64,000 bases of DNA from Burkholderiales bacterium (GCA_947508055.1 CANNRR010000001.1:9881-73880); one strand, 5' to 3'. Numbered from the stretch's first letter, positions 20,004 through 29,543 are shown. Program-made: numbers and translations. Notes: generated by a model not told the origin, from the sequence alone.

Positions 20004-21927
20004 TTCTCTCAACCCGTTCCTTGCCACTCCAAGAGCGCAGCGCCCTGAGCAAAGAACGCTTTTTCTCCTGATGACTGCCCATTCGCCGCAGGATATCGTC
20101 CAGTGTTCGAATGGCGTCGGTAATGTAGGGGCCCTTGTTCAACATCACGCATTCCGCGCGAACGCCCAAACCTGCATCCGATATTTCAGCTCGTGAAGGT
20201 ACGCCAGTTTTGGCAAGTGTTTCGAGTACCTGGGTAGCCCAAATCACCGGCATATGCGCCGCCTCGGCACACCAAAGTATTTCCTCCTGAACTTCTGCCA
20301 GGCGCTCATACCCGCACTCCACCGCGAGATCGCCCCGCGCAATCATTACACCAGCGCAACCACCGGACATGGCAGCCAGCATGAGTTCAGGCAAATTCTC
20401 AAAACCTTTCAAGGTTTCAATCTTCAGCACAACGCCAATGTCGCTGCGACCGAGTCGGTCCAGGTGTTCGCGCAACAAATAAACATCACTGGCCTGCTGG
20501 ACGAAGGAGAGGCCAACCATATCGGCCTCTCGCGCCACGGCATCAAGGTCCGCAAGGTCCTTGTCAGTCAACGCGGGCAAATCCAGTTCGCTGTCCGGAA
20601 AATTGATACCCTTGTCTCCAATCAACTTTTCCCCGCCATCACGAGCCTGGGTAATCTCGACTTCCAGCCAGTCGTCTGCAACCTTTCGAATCACGCCACC
20701 AATTTTTCCATCGTCGAACCACATGCGCTCGCCCTTGCGAACCTGATCGAGTACCTGCGGTAATGTGCAGGCAATGTGAGCAGGTTCCTTGATCGCAATC
20801 GAGTCCCCCTCATCCACCACCACCGCAGCTTGCCCAAGGCCATCGCGCGTCACCCGAATGACATCACCCATATGCAGGTGCAGTGTTCCTGGCAAATTTT
20901 CGATCTGGCCAGCCAACGTGGACCGCCATTTCTTTCCATCGGCCCCGTGGATAGTCAATAACGTGTCAGGCGTCAGGTAAGCGGTCTGCACACTTTCAGC
21001 GATGGCGCCCAACGCGACACATTGGACCACTAGCAGATGGCGCTTGGCGCCGCGTGCATCCGCGAAGTCGATTTGTGAGCCCACTTCAAGATGGGACAGC
21101 CATTTGCCTTCAACAGCTATGCATCCATCAGCATCGGGCATGCCGTTGGGCGCACTGTTTGACTTGAGCCCCAAACGATAGGGTTTGTACGGTCGACCAT
21201 ATTCATCCCTCTGAGGACGCATCCGCAATACGGGTGGTCGGGGCGCCACTTCACCCGTTCTGATTTTTGGTCCACCAAGATCCATCAATATGCGAACTTG
21301 CCGTTGCACCGCTTTGGCCGCGTGGCGAACATTGGCGGCCATTGCCTTCCACGCAACCGCATCATCATGAGCGCAGTTGATGCGGGCAATGTCCATGCCA
21401 GCCTCCACCAGTTCACGGACCACGCTGTAGTCCGTTGCCGCGGATGACGGTAGCGTCACCATGATTCGCACCGGTCGGCCCGGTGGATAGGTGCCCAGCA
21501 GGTCAGTGGAGTGCCCCTCAAGCAAGCGGCGGCTGCTGACACTGCCAGCGGGTTCTTCTGCAGATTTGTCCAGCCAGTCTTGCCCGGTCAAGCAATGCAA
21601 GATGCCAAGTACTTTGTCCAGATTGGCCAGCACGTGTGACTCGGAGCGCCCAAGAGATGACAACCCAAGCCACGAAAGTTGCTCTTGCAACGGCCTGATG
21701 TCATGCACACGCAATGCCAGATAGTGGATCAGGTTTCGTGCACTGTCCTGGTACTTTTCAGATACGCGGGACAACTCAACTTCCATTGCCGCCTCGCGGT
21801 CGTGCATGGATTGCCTCAGCGCCTGCAGCCGCGCGATGAGCGAAAGACACACCTGCTCACGCGAGACCACAGCTGCCGGTTGGGTCGAAATTGTGCGCTT
21901 GAATTTGGGCAATTTGCTTTTAATCAT
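19984..21927 (-). CDS. pyk: Atypical long pyruvate kinase
   Basis: RIMVT, ARINCAH, MDLGGPKIRTG, LKIET, MIARGDLAVE, WATQVLE, AECVMLNKG. Confidence 0.88.
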   Translation of the reverse strand: MIKSKLPKFKRTISTQPAAVVSREQVCLSLIARLQALRQSMHDREAAMEVELSRVSEKYQDSARNLIHYLALRVHDIRPLQEQLSWLGLSSLGRSESHVLANLDKVLGILHCLTGQDWLDKSAEEPAGSVSSRRLLEGHSTDLLGTYPPGRPVRIMVTLPSSAATDYSVVRELVEAGMDIARINCAHDDAVAWKAMAANVRHAAKAVQRQVRILMDLGGPKIRTGEVAPRPPVLRMRPQRDEYGRPYKPYRLGLKSNSAPNGMPDADGCIAVEGKWLSHLEVGSQIDFADARGAKRHLLVVQCVALGAIAESVQTAYLTPDTLLTIHGADGKKWRSTLAGQIENLPGTLHLHMGDVIRVTRDGLGQAAVVVDEGDSIAIKEPAHIACTLPQVLDQVRKGERMWFDDGKIGGVIRKVADDWLEVEITQARDGGEKLIGDKGINFPDSELDLPALTDKDLADLDAVAREADMVGLSFVQQASDVYLLREHLDRLGRSDIGVVLKIETLKGFENLPELMLAAMSGGCAGVMIARGDLAVECGYERLAEVQEEILWCAEAAHMPVIWATQVLETLAKTGVPSRAEISDAGLGVRAECVMLNKGPYITDAIRTLDDILRRMGSHQEKKRSLLRALRSWSGKERVERNDYVDG

Positions 21928-21960
21928 CAAATGATGATGGCACAGCAATACTACAAATTT

Positions 21961-21978
21961 ATGACGGTTTTATGGCAG
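21961..21978 (-). promoter_or_regulatory. Pho box upstream of pyk-corA
   Basis: CTGCCAT AAAA CCGTCAT, 2 mismatches to CTGTCAT-AAAA-CTGTCAT; -10 not clear. Confidence 0.8.
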
Positions 21979-22098
21979 CACAAATGTATTGATGCACCGA
22001 CTGAATTCGAAGGGTGGCCGCACACCAACCGTGAGAGCGCACCCGATAGGGGCGTAGACACGAGGTTAGTATGCGGCCAATCCACTTGACCGTAAAGA

Positions 22099-23241
22099 TT
22101 AGAACTTGTACTGAATGCCGAAGTTCAAAGCAGTAGGGTTCTTGCCGGCTGCTGCTGCAGGGAAGTTGTCAGACTGCGTGTAGTAAGCCTTGGCATTCTT
22201 GCTGTTGGTGATCTGGGAATATTGTCCAAACAACGTGAGGGATTTGTCCAGCACGTAATCGACTTCCACTCCGGCCAGCGTCAGATCGTCTGCTGCACCA
22301 CTGAAGGATTCGCTAGACGCGCCGTAATTGCCCTTCAAGACGATGGGCCCCATAGCGTATGCGCCAGAAATCATCCAGTTGCTGGTCTTCTTGCCGGCAC
22401 CGCTGTCAATGGTACTGAAAGCCAGACCAGCTTTCCAGGCACCCATTTGCGCGCCCAGTGTGGTCTTGGTTGCCTGCAATGCATACCCAGGTATGGATGC
22501 GGCAGGAGCCGTCGCAATGGTTGGCTTGATAGCGTTGTCCTGCGACTGGGCTGCAAAACCCATATTCCAGATGCCGTTGTTGTATTCAATCGACGCGCCG
22601 ACCATGGCCTGGCTGTAGGCTGGAGCCGTGGCAACAGCCACCGGGGCAGCTTCATCAGGGGAATAGGCGAACTTCACCACGATGTCGCTGAATTTCGGGC
22701 TGAAGTACTCAACCAGATTGGTCTTGCGCGTATGAACTTGACCAAATGCACCGGTACCGGCAATGCCTCTGACAGGCACCACCGTCGCAGATGCGCTCTG
22801 GTTAGTTCCGCGACCGTGAATGATGGTTTCCATCGCTTCACCTTCACCCAGCATGATCTTGGTCGTACCCTTCAATTCTTTCAGCGGCATGTCATGGGTG
22901 CCAACAATCAGGGTGCCCATTGAATTGCTTTTGAGGCCGACAAAGCTGTTCCGGTTGGCAAGAGTCTTGCTCTGAGCTGTGTCATCGGGCGCGAAGCCGG
23001 TTTCCACCTGAAAAATTCCGCTCAGGTCGCCGCTGACCTGGCGCTCGCCTTTGATGCCGAAGTTGGAAGAAAAGTTTTGCAACGCCGTGCGGTTGGTGGT
23101 GCCGTCACTGTTTGCTTCCAGTGCCATTTCGAGGGTGCCGTACAAAGTAACCGACGGCGCAGGTGTTGCCTGTGCAAAAGTTGCGCCGGAGGCAGCCAAT
23201 GCTGCCAGAGCGATAACGCCCTTGGTGGAAATGAATCGCAT
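22099..23241 (-). CDS. Gram-negative general porin family protein
   Basis: Signal peptide, SVTLYG, GIFQVE, NRNSFVGL, C-terminal GIQYKF. Confidence 0.92.
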   Translation of the reverse strand: MRFISTKGVIALAALAASGATFAQATPAPSVTLYGTLEMALEANSDGTTNRTALQNFSSNFGIKGERQVSGDLSGIFQVETGFAPDDTAQSKTLANRNSFVGLKSNSMGTLIVGTHDMPLKELKGTTKIMLGEGEAMETIIHGRGTNQSASATVVPVRGIAGTGAFGQVHTRKTNLVEYFSPKFSDIVVKFAYSPDEAAPVAVATAPAYSQAMVGASIEYNNGIWNMGFAAQSQDNAIKPTIATAPAASIPGYALQATKTTLGAQMGAWKAGLAFSTIDSGAGKKTSNWMISGAYAMGPIVLKGNYGASSESFSGAADDLTLAGVEVDYVLDKSLTLFGQYSQITNSKNAKAYYTQSDNFPAAAAGKNPTALNFGIQYKF

Positions 23242-23303
23242 GCTTGAAAACTTTCTAAAAGGTTTAAGAACCGTAAGTGAATGGATTTCACTCAACCTTT
23301 CAC

Positions 23304-23337
23304 AGATTAGTTTTCAACTATTGCAGTTTTTTGACAA
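23304..23337 (-). promoter_or_regulatory. Pho box plus -10 of porin gene
   Basis: TTGTCAA AAAA CTGCAAT, 10 bp, TAATCT. Confidence 0.8.
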
Positions 23338-23393
23338 AACGCTTTTGGCTGCTGCAGGTATCTCGCTGGCTTCGCTTTTGTGTCGTCCTTGCA

Positions 23394-23411
23394 ACGTCAC
23401 ATATCTGACAT
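23394..23411 (+). promoter_or_regulatory. Possible Pho box facing the phosphoesterase gene
   Basis: ACGTCAC ATAT CTGACAT; no good -10 at the canonical distance. Confidence 0.4.
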
Positions 23412-23572
23412 GTGGCGAATGCTTCAAGTGCATCGGTACCCGCGTCCATCCCTGAGGTGTGTCCTGAGATTAGTTTGGTCGTCAAATTGACACATTTGTG
23501 TGGATAAATGCTGTTCGTCAAAGTGACACAGTTGTCCAACGCGGTACATTGAATCCTAACCACTCTCCCAGC

Positions 23573-24832
23573 ATGAAAACCTCTATCAATTTGAAACTCC
23601 CAGCGTTGGTTGTGGCATTGGCCACCGCATTGAGCGGTTGCAGTGTCATGCACAGCAAGCTGGACTCTGATCAACCGTCTGCTTTCACGATCGCATTGAT
23701 TGGCGATGTACCTTATGGCACCTCGCCGACGGACACCCGACAACTCGTTGCCCACCCGCGCTTCATTTCTGCAATTAACGCTGACTCTGAAATTTCATTG
23801 GTGGCACACATTGGTGATACGCATGCGGGCAAACAATACTGCACGCTAGAGTACAACAAGACCATTTCTGAACATTGGGCTGCTTTCAAGAAGCCGTTGG
23901 TCTACACCCCGGGCGACAACGAGTGGATGGACTGCCACAAGGCAAAAGAAGGCGGCGGCAGTTATAACAAGGCCACGGGCACCATCGATTACTTGGTCGA
24001 CGCCAGCGGCAAGTTCATTGACTATGACAAGGGCAACCCCATTGCCAACCTGGAACTGGTTCGCTCCACCTTCTTTGCCAAGCCCGGACAAACCTTGGGC
24101 GTACCGATGGCGGTGCACACACAAGCGGTGGAATTCAACCCTGCCCATCCTGCGGACAAAGCCTTCGTAGAAAACATCTGGTGGGAAAAGGCGGGGGTGC
24201 TATTTGTGACCGTTAACATTCCCGGCGGATCCAACAACGGTACCGACCCCTGGTATGGCGCACCCGCCCTGAGCCTGGAACAACAAAACGAAGTGGCAGT
24301 GCGCACCGCAGCCACGCTGCGCTGGATAGATGCCGCCTACAACCGCGCCACAACCAAGGGTTATGTCGGTATGGTGATCCTGACGCAAGCCGATATGTGG
24401 GACGTAGACGACGCCAAGACCGGCGCTGCGCACCTCAATGGCTACAAGCAGTACCTCGACAAATTTGCCGAGGGCACCAAGGCATACGGCATGCCAGTAT
24501 TGATGGTCATGGGTGACTCCCACACCTACCGTTCTGACAACCCGCTAATGAAGGGCGCACCCTGTGTCATCGAGATTCAATCCGGCAAGCCCGCAGTGGC
24601 ATGCACAGACAGTCGTGCTGAGGCTATGCTGGCCGAAAGAAAGAGCCCAACAGACGCCTTCCTGACCCAGGCCCATGGCTATAACGTGCCCAACTTCCAT
24701 CGCATTGTGCTGCACGGCGAGACCATGCCGCTGGAATGGCTCCAGTTGCGCATCGACCCGGCGGCCAACCACAAGCACGACGTGGAGACCTTCGGACCTT
24801 TCAGTTGGAAACGCATGCAGCCTGCTATGTAA
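23573..24832 (+). CDS. Calcineurin-like metallophosphoesterase lipoprotein
   Basis: Lipobox LSGC; GDVPY, HIGD, PGDNEW and GDSH motifs. Confidence 0.85.
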   Translation: MKTSINLKLPALVVALATALSGCSVMHSKLDSDQPSAFTIALIGDVPYGTSPTDTRQLVAHPRFISAINADSEISLVAHIGDTHAGKQYCTLEYNKTISEHWAAFKKPLVYTPGDNEWMDCHKAKEGGGSYNKATGTIDYLVDASGKFIDYDKGNPIANLELVRSTFFAKPGQTLGVPMAVHTQAVEFNPAHPADKAFVENIWWEKAGVLFVTVNIPGGSNNGTDPWYGAPALSLEQQNEVAVRTAATLRWIDAAYNRATTKGYVGMVILTQADMWDVDDAKTGAAHLNGYKQYLDKFAEGTKAYGMPVLMVMGDSHTYRSDNPLMKGAPCVIEIQSGKPAVACTDSRAEAMLAERKSPTDAFLTQAHGYNVPNFHRIVLHGETMPLEWLQLRIDPAANHKHDVETFGPFSWKRMQPAM

Positions 24833-25055
24833 ACCCTGTGAAAAAAGTACAGTCTCTGTACGTTCTAGCCAATCACGGTCGTGAATGGCTGATTTGTCAG
24901 CCGTTCACTCAAGTGGCGAATTTTCACAGTCAGCCGACGCTCCTATGGCAAAGCAAAACCTAAGCAGTCCGAAGCGTCAGGTCTGGCGACAGCGCTGCCC
25001 ATGGTCAAACCCAATTTGTTCGACCGATTCGACTCCCCAAGTAGTGCCCAAGCGC

Positions 25056-25271
25056 CTAAGCCGCAAAGTTACTCAAATTTCTCAAGCGCTGACTAGCTGA
25101 GCGCCTGATTTCGCGAACACTTGCCGCACACTCGTAGCGAGCTGGCCGGGCTAATTTTACGGTGCAATCAGTGATCTCCGCCTCCAGTTGTACGACAACA
25201 GGATGCTGATCGCCCAGCGCGATCGCCAACTTGCGATGCAAGCGCTTCAAGTCGCCAAGGTCGTTTGACAT
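25056..25271 (-). CDS. Small hypothetical protein (71 aa)
   Basis: ATG ORF in an intergenic gap, GAAAGG upstream, own Pho-box promoter. Confidence 0.6.
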   Translation of the reverse strand: MSNDLGDLKRLHRKLAIALGDQHPVVVQLEAEITDCTVKLARPARYECAASVREIRRSASQRLRNLSNFAA

Positions 25272-25332
25272 GTTTCTAGTCCAACCTTTCCATATTCAAT
25301 GCGTGCCGCTCAGGGGCGCATTCCGCACGTTC

Positions 25333-25366
25333 AGTATGGCACTTCTTTATGTCAAAAATGTGACGA
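25333..25366 (-). promoter_or_regulatory. Pho box plus -10 of the 71-aa ORF
   Basis: TCGTCAC ATTT TTGACAT, 10 bp, CATACT. Confidence 0.65.
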
Positions 25367-25377
25367 AGTCAATTTAT

Positions 25378-25406
25378 TTGACAGAATTCATTAATAGATA
25401 TAAACT
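25378..25406 (+). promoter_or_regulatory. Sigma70 promoter of H1-like gene
   Basis: TTGACA-17 bp-TAAACT. Confidence 0.75.
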
Positions 25407-25438
25407 GTATATACCGTTTAAAAAAAGGGACTTTTACA

Positions 25439-25861
25439 ATGACGACCGTAACTACTAATGCTGAAAAGCCTGTCCGAGCAACCGCTCCAGCAAAAGTGAC
25501 TGTCAAAGCGCCCGTTAAGGCGCAACCCAAGGCGGCATCCAAGCCAGTCGCAAAGCCAGTTACAAAAGTAAAGCCGGTCGCAAAACCCGCAGCCAAACCT
25601 GCGGTCAAGGTTGCCGTCGTGAAAGCGACCAAGGCCAAAAAGCCAAAAATGGTTCGCGACAGCTTCACTTTTCCAAAAGATGAGTACGCCGTGCTGGATG
25701 CACTCAAACTGCGCGCTGCCAAATTGGGTCGCCCAGCCAAGAAGACCGAGTTGCTGCGAGCCGGCGTCAAGGCGATTGCCGCCATGTCCGACGTGGCATT
25801 TTTAGCCGCAATGCAAGCAGTTCCCAGTCTCAAGACCGGGCGGCCTGCCAAGGGAAGCTAA
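25439..25861 (+). CDS. Lys/Ala/Pro-rich histone H1-like protein with globular C-terminal domain
   Basis: KPVAKP repeats, then VRDSFTFPKDEY...KKTELLRAG...KTGRP. Confidence 0.85.
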   Translation: MTTVTTNAEKPVRATAPAKVTVKAPVKAQPKAASKPVAKPVTKVKPVAKPAAKPAVKVAVVKATKAKKPKMVRDSFTFPKDEYAVLDALKLRAAKLGRPAKKTELLRAGVKAIAAMSDVAFLAAMQAVPSLKTGRPAKGS

Positions 25862-25879
25862 AAGGGCATCTGAAAGCGC

Positions 25880-26341
25880 CTATAACAAATCGGGGGACTG
25901 AACCGTCACCACGACGGTTTGCCCGGTGGTTTCACGCTCGCGATAGCGCAGCCACCACACTGCCCCCTTTTTGACCGCGCATTCCGATGTACTCAAGCCC
26001 AGCAAGCTCGAAATGGTCTGTCCCAACGTGGGCTGGTGGCCCACTACCAGCACGCAACCTTTGGCATTCGGCCACTGAGCCAACTCCAACAACTGGTCCA
26101 CAGTCCCCAATGGCGCAATGGCAGGGTTGAACTTGAATTTGCGCCCCAAAGCCAAGGCCGTTTGTTCAGCCCGCCGTGCTGGGCTCACCCAAATCCGGGT
26201 GCTGTCGGGCATTTGCCGGTCCAGCCATGCGGCCATGCGTGCGGCCTGTTTCTCGCCACGCGAGGTGAGTGACCGGTCCATGTCGCCACCCTCAACGACA
26301 CCTTCTACGGCCTCAGCGTGCCGCCACAAGATCAGGTCCAT
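25880..26341 (-). CDS. sixA: SixA-like phosphohistidine phosphatase
   Basis: LILWRHAEA, SPARRAEQTA, VVGHQP. Confidence 0.9.
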   Translation of the reverse strand: MDLILWRHAEAVEGVVEGGDMDRSLTSRGEKQAARMAAWLDRQMPDSTRIWVSPARRAEQTALALGRKFKFNPAIAPLGTVDQLLELAQWPNAKGCVLVVGHQPTLGQTISSLLGLSTSECAVKKGAVWWLRYRERETTGQTVVVTVQSPDLL

Positions 26342-26355
26342 GGTCTGTTCTCCGT

Positions 26356-28422
26356 TCAAGCCTTCTCAATGTCCGCATACCGAGTCATTAGCGCCGCCTG
26401 GGCCCCGTGCACCACCGTCTTGCCGTCACCCTTAAACCGTGTGTAGGTGCCGTCAGCACCCAGGTCCCACGCGTCAACGCCATCGTGCAGGTAAGCCACA
26501 AGACACTCGTCGACCAGTCGCTGACGCTGCACCTGGTCGGTTACGGGCCAGGCCAGTTCGACGCGGCGCACCATGTTGCGGTTCATCCAGTCCGCACTGG
26601 ACAAGTACAGGTCTTGCACCTCCCCTTCACGGAAGTAGAAAATCCGTGAATGCTCTAGAAAACGGCCGATCACCGAGCGGACCCGGATGTTGTCGGTGTG
26701 CCCCGGCACCTGTGCCGGAAGCATGCAGGCGCCTCGCACAATGAGGTCAATCTTGACGCCACTACGGCCGGCCCGCATCAGGCTATGAATCAGCGCCTCG
26801 TCAGTCAGGGAATTCATTTTCGCGACGATGCGGGCGTCCTTGCCGCGGCTTGCCGCAGCGCCCAAGGCATCAATCTTGGCAATCATGTTGCGATGCAAAT
26901 AAAACGGTGCGAACCACAGCTTGCGCAACGGTGGCAATCGGCTTTGGCTGGCCAAGTGCACAAACACATGCTCCATGTCGGTCGTCAGTGCGGTATCGGC
27001 CGTGATGTGGCTCACATCGGTGTACAGGCGCGCCGTGCGGGGGTTGTAGTTGCCGGTTGAAAGGTGGCCGTAGCGCTTGAGGGATTTACCCTCGCGGCGC
27101 GTGATCAGCATCATCTTGGCGTGGGTCTTGAGGCCCACCACGCCATATAGCACCTGCGCACCAATGGACTCCAGCATTTCAGCCCAGTTGATATTGGCTT
27201 CTTCATCAAAGCGTGCTTTGAGTTCCACCACCACCGTGACCTCCTTGCCACGGCGCACGGCCTCACGCAGCAGGTCCATCAACTCGGAGTCAGGGCCGGT
27301 TCTGTAAATGGTTTGCTTGATAGCCAACACCTGCTCATCGTCCACCGCCTCGCGCAAAAACTCCAGCACCCCATCGAAACTTTCGAATGGCTGGTGGATC
27401 AAAATGTCGCCCTGCTTGAGTTGTTCAAAAATGCTTTGCCCTGAACCCATCTGCGCGGGAAACGATGCCTTGTAGGGCGCAAAGCACAAGTCGGGGCGGT
27501 CCACCAGGTCAATGAGCTGCGTCAAACGCACCAGGTTAACCGGCCCTGCTACCCGATAAAGTGCCTTGGTGGGCAATTCAAACTGCTTGAGCAGAAAATC
27601 TGACAGATGTTCGGAGCATCCCGCCGACACTTCCAGCCGCACGGCCTGCCCGTAGTGGCGATGCACCAGCCCCTGGCGCAGTGCCATGCGCAGGTTCTTG
27701 ACATCGTCCTCATCCACCGCCAGATCAGAATGCCGAGTAACCCGAAACTGCGAGAACTGTCCCACATGGCGACCCGCAAACAACTCTGCCAGATGTGCCC
27801 GGATGACGCTGGACAGCGACACAAACAGGGAGCGCTCGCCCGACACCTTGGCAGGCATACGGATTAGCCGCGGCAGCACACGCGGAACTTTCACGATCGC
27901 AATCTCGTTCTCTCGGCCAAAGGCATCGCGACCGCCCAGTCGCACGATGAAATTCAACGACTTGTTAGCCACTTGCGGGAACGGGTGGGAAGGGTCCAGC
28001 CCCACGGGGATCAACAACGGACGCACCTCCCGCTCGAAATACTGCTTGACCCACTGGCGCTGTGCTGCATTGCGCTCGCCATGGGAAATGACTTTCATGC
28101 CCAGTTGCTCAAATGCGGGCATGAGCTTTTCGTTGTACAGCGCATATTGCCGCGCCACTATCGCGTTAACGGAAGCGGCCAGTCGCTCGAACGACCCGAC
28201 CGAATACAGGCCCTTGCGCTCCTTGGCTTGGTTGGCAATCAAATGCGGCTCGGCCCGGATTTCAAAAAATTCGTCGAGATTGGAGGAAACGATGCATAGG
28301 TAGCGTAAGCGCTCCATCAGAGGAACGTCATCGCGCACAGCCCAATCTAGCACCCGCTCATTGAACGCCAGGATGCTGTGGTCGCGATCGAGTAATTCAG
28401 GGGCCTTCAAAGATGACAACAT
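26356..28422 (-). CDS. ppk1: Polyphosphate kinase 1
   Basis: SSNLDEFFE, HPFP, IKQTIYR, ELKARFDE, KTHAK, GRFLEHSR, SADWM. Confidence 0.98.
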   Translation of the reverse strand: MLSSLKAPELLDRDHSILAFNERVLDWAVRDDVPLMERLRYLCIVSSNLDEFFEIRAEPHLIANQAKERKGLYSVGSFERLAASVNAIVARQYALYNEKLMPAFEQLGMKVISHGERNAAQRQWVKQYFEREVRPLLIPVGLDPSHPFPQVANKSLNFIVRLGGRDAFGRENEIAIVKVPRVLPRLIRMPAKVSGERSLFVSLSSVIRAHLAELFAGRHVGQFSQFRVTRHSDLAVDEDDVKNLRMALRQGLVHRHYGQAVRLEVSAGCSEHLSDFLLKQFELPTKALYRVAGPVNLVRLTQLIDLVDRPDLCFAPYKASFPAQMGSGQSIFEQLKQGDILIHQPFESFDGVLEFLREAVDDEQVLAIKQTIYRTGPDSELMDLLREAVRRGKEVTVVVELKARFDEEANINWAEMLESIGAQVLYGVVGLKTHAKMMLITRREGKSLKRYGHLSTGNYNPRTARLYTDVSHITADTALTTDMEHVFVHLASQSRLPPLRKLWFAPFYLHRNMIAKIDALGAAASRGKDARIVAKMNSLTDEALIHSLMRAGRSGVKIDLIVRGACMLPAQVPGHTDNIRVRSVIGRFLEHSRIFYFREGEVQDLYLSSADWMNRNMVRRVELAWPVTDQVQRQRLVDECLVAYLHDGVDAWDLGADGTYTRFKGDGKTVVHGAQAALMTRYADIEKA

Positions 28423-28455
28423 ACGCACGCCTTGACTATGACACAACAGTGAACA

Positions 28456-28489
28456 ATTGTTTACGAGTTTGGTGACAATTGTGTGACAG
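28456..28489 (-). promoter_or_regulatory. Pho box of ppk1, inside 3' end of glycosyltransferase gene
   Basis: CTGTCAC ACAA TTGTCAC, 10 bp, AACAAT. Confidence 0.8.
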
Positions 28490-29543
28490 TACTGTGAACC
28501 AATGGCCGCGCATCCAGCCGGATGCCGGTGCGCGCTGGCACCAGATGACTGGCAAATAGCTGCGAGGCGCGGCCCCAGCCAAATGCCTGCGCGCGCTGTC
28601 GGGCCGCGTGGCGGGGAACTGCCAGCGCCGCATACCATGCGCTGGCAAGGTCATCGTCCAACACGCCACCGGCTGGCGGTGACCCGACTACTTCCAAAGG
28701 CCCTTCCACCGGGTAGGCAACCACCGGCGTGCCGGTGGCCATTGCTTCCAGCATCACCAGACCAAAGGTTTCGGACCGACTGGGCATGACAAAGACGTCT
28801 GCTGCAGCATAGACCTGCGCCAACACTTCGCGCGGCAGTACACCCAGCCAGCGAACGTGCGGATACCGTTGGCGCAGCCCGGCCTCAAGCGGGCCTACGC
28901 CGCAAACAACCTTGGTTCCCGGCACATCCAGCTTCAAAAAAGCCTCGATGTTCTTTTCGTACGAGACGCGCCCCACAAAGAGTGAAACCGGTCGCGCCAG
29001 CACACCCAGCGACGCGTAGACCTGCGGCTCCTCGTGGTAACTAAAAAGCTGCATATCAACACCATGCGTCCAACTGCGCAGGTTGGTAAAACCGCGTAGC
29101 TGCAACATTTTCAACACGCTGGGCGTTGGCACCAGCACACCTGACGAGTACCTGTGAAAGTGCCGAAACAGGGCGTACCCCATCCACAAAGGCACTCTCA
29201 ATGCGGCCTTCAGTATTTCCGGGAACCGGGTGTGGTACGCGGTGGTGTATGCCAGACCGTGCTTCAGACAATAGCCTCTGGCTGCCCACCCCAACGGACC
29301 TTCGGTGGCCAGGTGGATGGCGTCTGGCGCCATTGCATCCAGACGGCTCGCCAGGATTTTCCCCGGACGCACCGCCAAATCAATACCGGCGTATCCCGGG
29401 CAGGCTCGCGTGTCAAAGAGGCCGGGGTGTATAACCTCCACCTCGTGCCCCAGTGTCTGCATTTCGCGCACCAATTCCACCAGGGTGGTCACCACACCAT
29501 TGACCTGCGGTTGCCACGCATCGGTAATCAATACCAACTTCAT
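28461..29543 (-). CDS. GT4 glycosyltransferase (Agt-like glycolipid synthase)
   Basis: TDAWQPQVNGVV, ATEGPLG, YHTRFPE, VGRVSYEKN, ETFGLVMLEA; ATGA overlap with plcP. Confidence 0.9.
   Translation of the reverse strand: MKLVLITDAWQPQVNGVVTTLVELVREMQTLGHEVEVIHPGLFDTRACPGYAGIDLAVRPGKILASRLDAMAPDAIHLATEGPLGWAARGYCLKHGLAYTTAYHTRFPEILKAALRVPLWMGYALFRHFHRYSSGVLVPTPSVLKMLQLRGFTNLRSWTHGVDMQLFSYHEEPQVYASLGVLARPVSLFVGRVSYEKNIEAFLKLDVPGTKVVCGVGPLEAGLRQRYPHVRWLGVLPREVLAQVYAAADVFVMPSRSETFGLVMLEAMATGTPVVAYPVEGPLEVVGSPPAGGVLDDDLASAWYAALAVPRHAARQRAQAFGWGRASQLFASHLVPARTGIRLDARPLVHSTVTQLSPNS

Noticed and set aside
24833-25055. Short ORFs or possible ncRNA in the gap after the phosphoesterase gene
   Set aside because: No RBS, recognisable motif or convincing structure.
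28423-28638. N-terminal extensions in the ORF track (ppk1, folP, trxA, rho, GT4, M20, dppF and others)
   Set aside because: They overlap neighbouring genes or promoters; downstream starts fit family N-termini and RBS positions.
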